A stretch of 64,000 bases of DNA from Desulfomonilia bacterium. Lineage in GTDB: Bacteria > Desulfobacterota > Desulfomonilia > UBA1062. Made by a program: the position numbers and the translations under genes. Each line of letters opens with the position of its first letter. Position 1 is the first letter of the stretch. Positions 1 through 7,675 of the stretch are shown one piece after another. The notes beneath the pieces were generated by a model. It was given only the letters and a program-made list of their open reading frames with translations, searched no databases and had not been told where the DNA came from. The stretch covers positions 96,001-160,000 of the forward strand of contig CAXXDQ010000007.1 of assembly GCA_963664325.2 (NCBI GenBank), written 5' to 3'.

Positions 1-595
1 CTTCCATCTGGAAGGCCATGCCCCCGACGCCTTTGTCTGAGATGCCTTTTGTAAGTTCCCGGTTCCAGGATGCATGGAAGCGGAGGATATTATCCTCAAT
101 GCCGTCATAGCGGTCCCAGTCGATATAATAATAAAGGGATATCTCATGGGTGCACTCGTTTTCCACCTCAACCCTCGCTCCTTTTGAAAAAGGCATGGGG
201 AAGAAGCAGTTGAAGCCACGGCCGTTTTCAGGACTCATCTGAAGCGGCGCCGAGACGAAGTTTTTGCATATCCCATGGCCCATTCCGAAGAAGTCTCCCA
301 CAGGCGCTTCCACGGCCGGTTTGTCGGAGCCGTCCCAGAACATCCGGATGACGATTCTGCGCAGGAAGGCCCGGTCGTATTTGTTGGAGATGCCGTCCCT
401 GCCTATGGTGCACCAGATGTGCCTGATGCAGCCCGGCTCAGCTGTTTCGGCAATGGTTGAACACTGCCCGGGGTTGATGACAATCCAGTCATGGTTGCCG
501 CCTGTCCTGTCGAAGCTGCTGAAGCGCTTGCGCCTGAAATCCTTCGCGAGCGGTAAAAGGTTCAGTGATGAGGTCATGTCATAACCGGCTGCCAT
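1..595 (-). CDS. DUF2961 / glycoside hydrolase family 172 protein, 3' end runs off the window
   Basis: Not in the ORF track; translated by hand from ATG 595 (AAGGAG upstream): MAAGYDM...SSFDRTGGNHDW...GCIRHIWCT...RMFWDGSDKPAVEAPVGDFFG...FNCFFPMPF...YYYIDW...RFHASW. These are typical DUF2961 motifs. No signal peptide. Confidence 0.88.
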   Translation of the reverse strand, partial: MAAGYDMTSSLNLLPLAKDFRRKRFSSFDRTGGNHDWIVINPGQCSTIAETAEPGCIRHIWCTIGRDGISNKYDRAFLRRIVIRMFWDGSDKPAVEAPVGDFFGMGHGICKNFVSAPLQMSPENGRGFNCFFPMPFSKGARVEVENECTHEISLYYYIDWDRYDGIEDNILRFHASWNRELTKGISDKGVGGMAFQME

Positions 596-608
596 ATCGC
601 ATCTCCTT

Positions 609-2198
609 TTATGAAGGTTTATAAAGGCTTTTCCCGCCCCGGTCCCAGATCGTATAGCCTATGCCGAGCTGCTCCGAGAGTTCGACAAGATGCGGCAGGT
701 AGTCGCCGTAGACAAAGCCGAGATGATTGGATGGCCACCTGGAGCTTATTACCCTGTCGCTGACCGGGATGGTCCCTTCGATTATGGGCCAGGCCTCGTT
801 GTAGGCCTTGTGTCTCGAGGCCTTGACATCCCTGGTGTCCATGATGGTTGCGACCATGTGAAGGCGGTTGTTCTCGACACCAAGCCGTGCAACCGTGATG
901 ACCTGTTTTCCTGCGGTCCGCATGCGCACGGCGGAACCTCCTGCATGGTAGAAGTGCTCCTGGGCCGGGAATTCAACCTGGGAAAGCTTCTCGGCCCAGA
1001 TCTGGTTTTCACTGCCGGCAAAGGCGGGCGGATGCTGGCCGCAGTTGACTATGGCCAGGACGGTTGTGTCCCTGTCTGTCTTTACATACCTGAAATCGCC
1101 GAAGCCGGCAGGTTTGCCTGAGAGCCTGAAAAGGAAAAGCTGCGTTAAAAGCGTGGGCAGGTCGGTCTCGCATGAAGACGGGATAATCTGTTTGCATTTG
1201 CCGTCGGTCCCGTAGTCGTTGGCCAGGAATGCTGTTGCAATACAGCATGTGCAGTAATTCGCCGAGCACTCGTCCTGGCATTTTATCGTAACCGCAGTAG
1301 CCCCGCGTTCGCCTGCGATGTCTGCTATTGCATAATAGATCGCAAGCTGAAGGAGGAACTTGTCGCGCGAAACGCTGCGGGACGGGATTGCCCTGAATTT
1401 TTCCGGGAATGCGTCGTAAAGGGCCTTGCAGTCCTTTTTCACCCGGCTGTCAAGCACTGTGGTGATGTCTGATTTTCCAGGTGTACCGGACCAATCGAAC
1501 ATCTCGAACGCCCTGTCGAGAAAGACCTGCTGGTCGAGGTTTTCACCCGAAATTCCCCACCGGCCCATAATTTCCTCATGATCTATCCGGGTTGTCGGCA
1601 TCTGAAGTGAAAATGATCCGAATTCCAGCAAGTGTTCCATTGAAAGATTCGCAACAACCTTGTGCACCTGCTTGTTGACCCGGGCCATTGAGGTATAGAA
1701 AGAGATGGCTTCCCTGAGGTCGTTAAAGAAACCGCCACTGTCAAAATATCCGGCTTTATGGACAAAGGATATGCCGGTCTGGGTGAGCGCCCCTCCCAGG
1801 GCCATACCTGAGACCATGCCCGGCACATTGGTATCCTGTATGGAGGCGATGATGATCCTCGGGACAAAAGCGGGATCAATGGCCTTTTTCCCTCTGATGA
1901 AGCCGGTGATCACCTTCTGGCTCAACTGCGGGAATGTCCATGTCTGATGGACGTTTATGAGTATGGCGCAGTCCTTTTCGGCGAAAATGGCCGCGTATTT
2001 GTTTGCGAGCGGTATGCTGTGGCAGAGCAGGTTCTTTTTCCCGAGCTGTTCGCCTGGGTAAACGATATCAAAGCCCGCCTTTCTCAGGCGCATGACAAAT
2101 TTTTCGAGGATTTTGGCATCGGTCCCGGCACTCTGTTCCATTACCCAGGGTCTAGGGTCATAGCCTGAAAAAACTCCGATCCTGACAGATTTATTCAT
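609..2198 (-). CDS. L-fucose/D-arabinose isomerase-like protein (FucI family, divergent)
   Basis: Motifs CETD, GFGDFR and WPSNH align with the FucI metal ligands E/D/H. RBS AAGGAG precedes ATG 2198. Confidence 0.7.
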   Translation of the reverse strand: MNKSVRIGVFSGYDPRPWVMEQSAGTDAKILEKFVMRLRKAGFDIVYPGEQLGKKNLLCHSIPLANKYAAIFAEKDCAILINVHQTWTFPQLSQKVITGFIRGKKAIDPAFVPRIIIASIQDTNVPGMVSGMALGGALTQTGISFVHKAGYFDSGGFFNDLREAISFYTSMARVNKQVHKVVANLSMEHLLEFGSFSLQMPTTRIDHEEIMGRWGISGENLDQQVFLDRAFEMFDWSGTPGKSDITTVLDSRVKKDCKALYDAFPEKFRAIPSRSVSRDKFLLQLAIYYAIADIAGERGATAVTIKCQDECSANYCTCCIATAFLANDYGTDGKCKQIIPSSCETDLPTLLTQLFLFRLSGKPAGFGDFRYVKTDRDTTVLAIVNCGQHPPAFAGSENQIWAEKLSQVEFPAQEHFYHAGGSAVRMRTAGKQVITVARLGVENNRLHMVATIMDTRDVKASRHKAYNEAWPIIEGTIPVSDRVISSRWPSNHLGFVYGDYLPHLVELSEQLGIGYTIWDRGGKSLYKPS

Positions 2199-2227
2199 TA
2201 TATCAGCTCCTTTACTAATATTATCGA

Positions 2228-3913
2228 TCAAGAGGAACTCATAGTATTACTCGCACGTTTAAGCTCAAGAAGTTGTTTCATTGCCGGGTAAAGATAATTA
2301 TCCTTTTTTCCAGTCCCGAAGGCTCCTTGAAGTTCAAGGTATATTCCATACAGCTTTTCATAAACCTGCGCCTCATGTGCATCGGGCTTGAAGCTGCGGC
2401 GGGGCGGGGCGATCATGCACCTGCGGGCTTCGTCAAAATCCCTGTGAATGCCGGATGCGACACCTGCCGCAATTGCCGCGCCCAGGGCCGGGGCGTTTGA
2501 AGAAGAGGCGACATAAACCGGCATATTGAAGATGTCGGCATATATCTGCATGAATAGTGTGTTCTTTTCAGCTATTCCACCGCAGCAAATGATATGCTCG
2601 ATAGGTACTTTGTATTCTTTAAGACGCTCTATGATCACCCTTGCTCCGAAGCCTGTCGCCTCTATGAGGGCGCGATATGTTTCCGCAGGAGTTGTCGAAA
2701 GCATCTGTCCCAGGATGAGGCCGCTCAGCCTCTGGTCCATGAGAATATTCCTGTTTCCGTTCATCCAGTCCAGGGCGATTAGACCTGTCTGTCCCGCCCT
2801 GTATTTTGAGGCCTTCTCTGTAAGTTCCCGGTGTATCTTTTCATCAGGCGAAGACCCATCGCGGAAAAGCGCTCTGTTGACATACCAGTTCAGGATGTCG
2901 CCGACGGCGGCCTGTCCGGCTTCAACACCGGAAAAGCCAGGAATTATCCCGTCACTTACAACGCCGCTTATTCCCGGGATCGCCTTGATGCCTGAACCTG
3001 CCGGCAGGAGCGCCATGTCGCATGATGACGTTCCTATGTTTTTAACCAGACTCCCGGGTGCTATGCCTGCGCCGATGGCACCGGCATGCGCATCGATCAG
3101 CCCTGCCGCTATGACGCAATCATCGGGCAGGCCCCAGTGCATGGTCAATGATTGACGCATATGGCCGATGCTTCGTCCGGCCGGGACGACCACCGAAGGA
3201 AGCCCTGCCGCAATGCGTTCAAGCTCGGGTGAAAGCATTGCAAGTTTTGCCGGTTCAGGGTAGCCGTTATTAAACATGTCCTTGTATCCGGCGGCACAGG
3301 CGTTTCTCTTGATATCCCGGAAATCCGTGATTCCGGCCAGGTATGCCGGGATGAAATCCGAGAGTTCAACCCACGTCGCCGCCATGTTTGCTGTTTCAGG
3401 CGAGATCCTGGCGCAGCGCAGAATTTTCGCCCAGAACCATTCGGGCGAGTACCAGCCGGAGTAGGAATCAAGCCAGTCAAGGCCTTGATCTTTAACATAG
3501 CGGATGATTTCATCGGCTTCGTCATGTGCGCTGTGGTCTTTCCAGAGCCAGGCCATCGCATTGATATCGTCTGCAAGTTCCCGCCTCAAGCAGAGTGGAC
3601 GGGCGTCATCGCCTAGAGGCAAAGGCGTACTGGCCGTTGTATCGACGCCGATCGCCTTTACCTGATCGCGGCTGAATCCTGGCATCAGCTCGGCCTTCTG
3701 AAGCAGCGCATCAACGACTGCAAGCAGTCCTTCGACATAGTCAGCAGGGTACTGCCTTGCTACAAATGGGTTGTTATCGTCGCCAATCACCCCGGCCAGG
3801 CCGTAACAATAATTATAGACGCTGCTGCAAACCTCTTCCCCGGTAAAGGCGTCGACAAGCAAGGCCCTTACCGAATTGGTCCCGAAATCGATCCCTATGA
3901 CATGAGGATTCAT
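2228..3913 (-). CDS. araB: Ribulokinase (FGGY family, AraB type)
   Basis: GIDFGTNSVRA, GVDTTASTP, WKDHSA, YSPEWFWAK, IDAHAGA, GTSSCD, EAGQAAVGD, LDWMNGNR. Confidence 0.88.
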   Translation of the reverse strand: MNPHVIGIDFGTNSVRALLVDAFTGEEVCSSVYNYCYGLAGVIGDDNNPFVARQYPADYVEGLLAVVDALLQKAELMPGFSRDQVKAIGVDTTASTPLPLGDDARPLCLRRELADDINAMAWLWKDHSAHDEADEIIRYVKDQGLDWLDSYSGWYSPEWFWAKILRCARISPETANMAATWVELSDFIPAYLAGITDFRDIKRNACAAGYKDMFNNGYPEPAKLAMLSPELERIAAGLPSVVVPAGRSIGHMRQSLTMHWGLPDDCVIAAGLIDAHAGAIGAGIAPGSLVKNIGTSSCDMALLPAGSGIKAIPGISGVVSDGIIPGFSGVEAGQAAVGDILNWYVNRALFRDGSSPDEKIHRELTEKASKYRAGQTGLIALDWMNGNRNILMDQRLSGLILGQMLSTTPAETYRALIEATGFGARVIIERLKEYKVPIEHIICCGGIAEKNTLFMQIYADIFNMPVYVASSSNAPALGAAIAAGVASGIHRDFDEARRCMIAPPRRSFKPDAHEAQVYEKLYGIYLELQGAFGTGKKDNYLYPAMKQLLELKRASNTMSSS

Positions 3914-3939
3914 CAAGCCACCTTTGATTAAAGCCTTAA

Positions 3940-5325
3940 CTATCCCTCACATTGCCTGCCAAGTTTGATATCTTCAACCATTTTTTTGTGCAGGGCATCA
4001 TTGATGGGATAGAACAGGATGATGACGATACCTGCAACAATGAAGATGAACGGCACAACCGACATGAGCAGTTTGATTCCGAACAGCGTTGACGCCTGCT
4101 GATTTATGTTGGGGACATACTTGTAGAATTCCAGTCCGAGGCCTGCTGCAAAACCGGCGAAAGCGGCGGCGAACTTGAAGGAGAAGTTGTAAAACCCGTA
4201 GAGGATGCCTTCGCGCCTGAGCCCTGTCTTCCACTGCGAGTATTCAACGGTATCCGGGACCATTGCCCACGGGCACAGATAAAGGGTCGATATCCCGAAT
4301 CCTGCAAACGTGAACAATCCGAAGATGAAGCCCCTGCTCGGCGCACTGAGGATGAAGAGAGACAATGTGACCAGGGCGATCAGGGTTGTTCCAATGGCGA
4401 GCACGTTCTTCTTGGCGAATTTCTTGGTCATGAATACCCAGAAGGGCATGCACACGAATGCCGTCACAAACATGCACATGAAGGCAATCGGGACATCCTT
4501 TTCCACGCCGAGGTTATATTTGAAGTAGTAATTCAGCATGATGGCAAGCAGGCTTATAGCAGCCATCTGCAGTATCGTCGATATCGTCAGGATGATGAAG
4601 GGGCCGTTTTTTGAAACCATTTTCAGGTCTTCACAGAATGACATCCGCTCTTCAGACGGCGGCTTAACACGCTCCTTGACACTGGCAAACGTGGTCAGGA
4701 GCACGACCGCGAAGACGCAGCCGAATATGGCGCCTGTCATCCTGAAGCCGGTAACCTCATTAGGAAACAGAGCTATCAGCGGTTTGGCGGCGCCCGCAGT
4801 GACGAGGGTTCCGAGTATGGCGCATGCCATTCTGATGCCGGTCAGCGTCGAGCGCTCGTTCCCGTCCATGGTCATGCTGGCGGTCAGTGCGCCATAGGGT
4901 ATGGTCACCATGGAATAAAGCGCCGAAAACAGGAGGAAGGTCACCAGTGCATAAACAGAGCGCCAGAGGGTAGGAATCTGCGGAGCGAAGAAGATCAGGA
5001 AAAACATGAACCCGACGGGGATGGCCCCGAAAAGCAGGAAAGGCCTGTTGCGTCCCCACCGCGAATGGGCCCGGTCCGCAATGAAACCCATTGTCGGGTC
5101 GCATACGGCATTCCATATCTTTGCTATGAAGAATATGGAGCCCGCGGCGGTTGCTCCTATCATGAACACGTCGGTGAAAAAATACACGAGGTACAGGGTG
5201 ATTGACTGGAACACCAGGTTGAATGCGAAATCTCCGATGCCGTAGCCGACCTTCATCCCGAGCGGGATTTTTTCAGCCGGGGCGTTTTCTGTCTGAACGG
5301 GCGTGTCCTTGGCATTTTCTTCCAT
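3940..5325 (-). CDS. Glycoside-pentoside-hexuronide (GPH, MFS_2) cation symporter
   Basis: GYGIGDFAFN, DRAHSRWGRNRPF, IPYGAL...ERSTL, DTVEYSQWKTGLRREG; about 12 TM segments. Confidence 0.92.
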   Translation of the reverse strand: MEENAKDTPVQTENAPAEKIPLGMKVGYGIGDFAFNLVFQSITLYLVYFFTDVFMIGATAAGSIFFIAKIWNAVCDPTMGFIADRAHSRWGRNRPFLLFGAIPVGFMFFLIFFAPQIPTLWRSVYALVTFLLFSALYSMVTIPYGALTASMTMDGNERSTLTGIRMACAILGTLVTAGAAKPLIALFPNEVTGFRMTGAIFGCVFAVVLLTTFASVKERVKPPSEERMSFCEDLKMVSKNGPFIILTISTILQMAAISLLAIMLNYYFKYNLGVEKDVPIAFMCMFVTAFVCMPFWVFMTKKFAKKNVLAIGTTLIALVTLSLFILSAPSRGFIFGLFTFAGFGISTLYLCPWAMVPDTVEYSQWKTGLRREGILYGFYNFSFKFAAAFAGFAAGLGLEFYKYVPNINQQASTLFGIKLLMSVVPFIFIVAGIVIILFYPINDALHKKMVEDIKLGRQCEG

Positions 5326-5568
5326 TTGTACCTCCGTGATATTATAAAATCCTCCGGGATAACCCGGGGATTGTCAACATCAATCTCAATTGAAATGAAG
5401 GAGGGACAAGCATTGTCGTGTCTGTCATGTTTTCATTTCTTAGCTATTCAAGGGAATATCAATTGTAAAAGTGATTCCAAATCCTGGCTTTAAATTGCCA
5501 GTTATTCAAAACCTGTGACTGAATAGAGGGATTAATCTTTCCGGGAACAGGTAGCCACTATATAATGC

Positions 5569-5597
5569 TTGATGTTTAACGTTGGGTGTTATATTTT
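5569..5597 (+). promoter_or_regulatory. Putative higBA sigma70 promoter with an overlapping inverted-repeat operator
   Basis: TTGATG-N17-TATTTT with TAACG-N5-TGTTA (5577-5591) in the spacer. The higB ATG lies 7 nt further on, suggesting a leaderless transcript. Confidence 0.4.
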
Positions 5598-5604
5598 TAT
5601 GTCC

Positions 5605-5883
5605 ATGATCAAATCCTTTAAATGCAGGTATACTCAATCAATATTTGAAGGTAAATGTCCGAAACAATTTAAGGCTTTTGAATCAGTTGCAGAAAGAAAA
5701 TTGCAAATGTTGGATTCTGCAAAGACGATTGATGATTTGAAAAGTCCGCCCGGCAACCGACTGGAACAGTTAAAGGGGAATAGGGCAGGCCGGTGGAGCA
5801 TCAGGATAAATGATCAATTCAGACTGTGTTTTCAATTCGAAAACGGTGAAGCATGTCAGGTGGAGATAGTGGATTATCACTAG
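5605..5883 (+). CDS. higB: HigB toxin (RelE/ParE superfamily, killer-protein type)
   Basis: MIKSF...RKLQMLDSA...DLKSPPGNRLEQLKGNRAGRWSIRINDQFRLCF...VEIVDYH. Confidence 0.95.
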   Translation: MIKSFKCRYTQSIFEGKCPKQFKAFESVAERKLQMLDSAKTIDDLKSPPGNRLEQLKGNRAGRWSIRINDQFRLCFQFENGEACQVEIVDYH

Positions 5884-5894
5884 GGAGGCAGTAC

Positions 5895-6200
5895 ATGGAA
5901 ATAAAAAACAAAATGAGGCCGATTCATCCCGGGGAAATATTAAGAGAGGAGTACCTTATACCGCTTGGAATGAGCGCACACGCTCTTGCGCTTGAGCTGA
6001 AGGTTCCGGCTCCGCGCATCAACGATATTGTCCGGGAGCGACGATCAATAACACCTGAAACAGCGCTCAGGCTTGGCCGTTATTTTAACACCTCACCGGA
6101 ATTCTGGCTAAACCTTCAGATAGTTTATAATCTGAAAATCGCCAAGAAAGAGCTGGGCTCGAAGATCGATAAGGAAGTACAGATTCGCAAAGCCGCTTGA
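5895..6200 (+). CDS. higA: HigA antitoxin (HTH, VapI family)
   Basis: RPIHPGEILREEYL...RRSITPETALRLGRYFNTSPEFWLNLQ; GGAGG RBS directly after higB. Confidence 0.95.
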   Translation: MEIKNKMRPIHPGEILREEYLIPLGMSAHALALELKVPAPRINDIVRERRSITPETALRLGRYFNTSPEFWLNLQIVYNLKIAKKELGSKIDKEVQIRKAA

Positions 6201-6238
6201 CATTTGGTGCCAGCTTGCTTGCCTATTGCTGGAGCTGA

Positions 6239-6448
6239 GCCCTTTGGTGTCTCCGAAACGAAGTAATATATCTTGCTAAAAAACATACACATCTTGAGAA
6301 TAAGGCAATAGGAGAACTTCTTGGTGGTATTCATTACAACAGTGCGAGTAAAATCTGCAAAAGATTCTACCTGCAATGGACTATTGATAATCATCTGCTG
6401 AAAAAGATAAACGGTATTATGCCAATAGCCAACGGCCTGTTGCCCTGA
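6239..6448 (+). pseudogene. Remnant C-terminal DnaA_C-like HTH of a RAYT-type transposase
   Basis: Startless open frame RNEVIYLAKKHTHLENKAIGELLGGIHYNSASKICKRF...LLKKINGIM, resembling the HTH tail of RAYT proteins (compare 37649-38650). Followed by CAAGACCTGACCCC at 6554-6567. Confidence 0.55.
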
Positions 6449-6601
6449 CGCAATTTTCAGATTATTGCTTTGAGAAATGTTTGCGTCTGAGCAGATTAAC
6501 CCGGTACCTTTCAAAATCCGGTTTTCCTAAATCGCATCAGAGCAACAGACCGGCAAGACCTGACCCCACAAATCACATATTGCTTTGGTTTTTTACTGGA
6601 G

Positions 6602-7324
6602 TCATTTTGTCATTTCTGTTCTAACAATATAGCGTATTGTCGAATTACTTGCTTCTAGAATGTCAATAAGCATACCCCTGAAACCAATAGTTTTTGACTC
6701 GTTAAGGTCATAAGTAAGATCCTGGAAAAAAGCAGGTCGGGCAAAATCGTCCTTGTATTCCCGATATGTGAACCTCACAGTCGTTCCGGTTCTTCCATTA
6801 TAAAGGAGTTCCTGTTTAAAGGAGCCTCTGACAAATATATCCTCACCCGGCTTAAAAAGATTTTTAGGGGAATTTTTTTCATTAGCATAAGAGAAATTCC
6901 CACAGATAAACTCAGTCAGTTCGTTATCATTACCGATGACCACGTAGCATGAATACCCAGTTCCAGGATTACCTGGTTCGGTCGGTTTGTACAATCCAGG
7001 AATTTCCGTATCGCAAATGACATTTCCGGATTCATTTTTATATTTGCCCACCCACTTGCTATCTTTTCTTATGGTTGGGAAATTTATAAGCATTACTGGA
7101 GGAGGAGTATAATCTTGTGTTGAAACGAATCCTGGATAAACATTTCCATCAATAAATTTGACAATAGGCTCGCCCACAGTTTTCTGCTGTTCTATGTTGA
7201 GATTATATGTCGCCGTAACGACATGTTTGGACAATATAGGTAGCATCGTAGCAGCACATCCGGCAAACAATATTACTGATAAACACAGGACTATAATTTG
7301 TAATATATTATTAATCCCTTTCAT
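6602..7324 (-). CDS. AT-rich hypothetical lipoprotein
   Basis: Lipobox LFAGC; C-terminal FKQELLYNG...YREYKDDFARPAFFQDLTYDL...IGFRG; AGGAG RBS. Confidence 0.8.
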   Translation of the reverse strand: MKGINNILQIIVLCLSVILFAGCAATMLPILSKHVVTATYNLNIEQQKTVGEPIVKFIDGNVYPGFVSTQDYTPPPVMLINFPTIRKDSKWVGKYKNESGNVICDTEIPGLYKPTEPGNPGTGYSCYVVIGNDNELTEFICGNFSYANEKNSPKNLFKPGEDIFVRGSFKQELLYNGRTGTTVRFTYREYKDDFARPAFFQDLTYDLNESKTIGFRGMLIDILEASNSTIRYIVRTEMTK

Positions 7325-7546
7325 AAACCGCGTCTCCTAATTTGATTTGAAGGAAATGTAGTCATATTTTCTCGGTGATTTTCTGATTATTTAACTTATT
7401 TAATTTGTAACAGTCCTTCTGTATTCAATCAAGCCCAATTACACTTAATCGTAAACTCAACCGTAACCCCTTCACACCTTTCATGGATTTTTTTGAGGTC
7501 TTTCAGGAAAACTTGGGGGACACCTATAAAATTTATAATCAATTTA

Positions 7547-7669
7547 TACAGGGCGTCAGAACAAAGCAGGCCGCGAAGCGACGACGCGGAAATGCGAGGT
7601 GTACATTGCCGTACTCCGTAGCGTTTCCGCAAGGAGCGACAAAGGTATGCAAAGTTATCACGCCCTGTA
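7547..7669. repeat. Palindromic miniature element (RPE/MITE-like)
   Basis: 10-bp terminal IR TACAGGGCGT/ACGCCCTGTA; inner stem GCGGAAATGC/GCGTTTCCGC around GTAC-N6-GTAC. Confidence 0.7.
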
Positions 7670-7675
7670 CGAAAT

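Noticed and set aside
228-584. Short ORFs at the window start
   Set aside because: They overlap the real minus-strand GH172 gene.
5483-5501. TGGC...TTGC sigma54-like promoter
   Set aside because: GG-to-GC spacing is one base short; at most an imperfect palindrome.
6125-6514. 129-aa minus-strand ORF
   Set aside because: It overlaps higA, and the opposite-strand frame gives a better RAYT-tail match.
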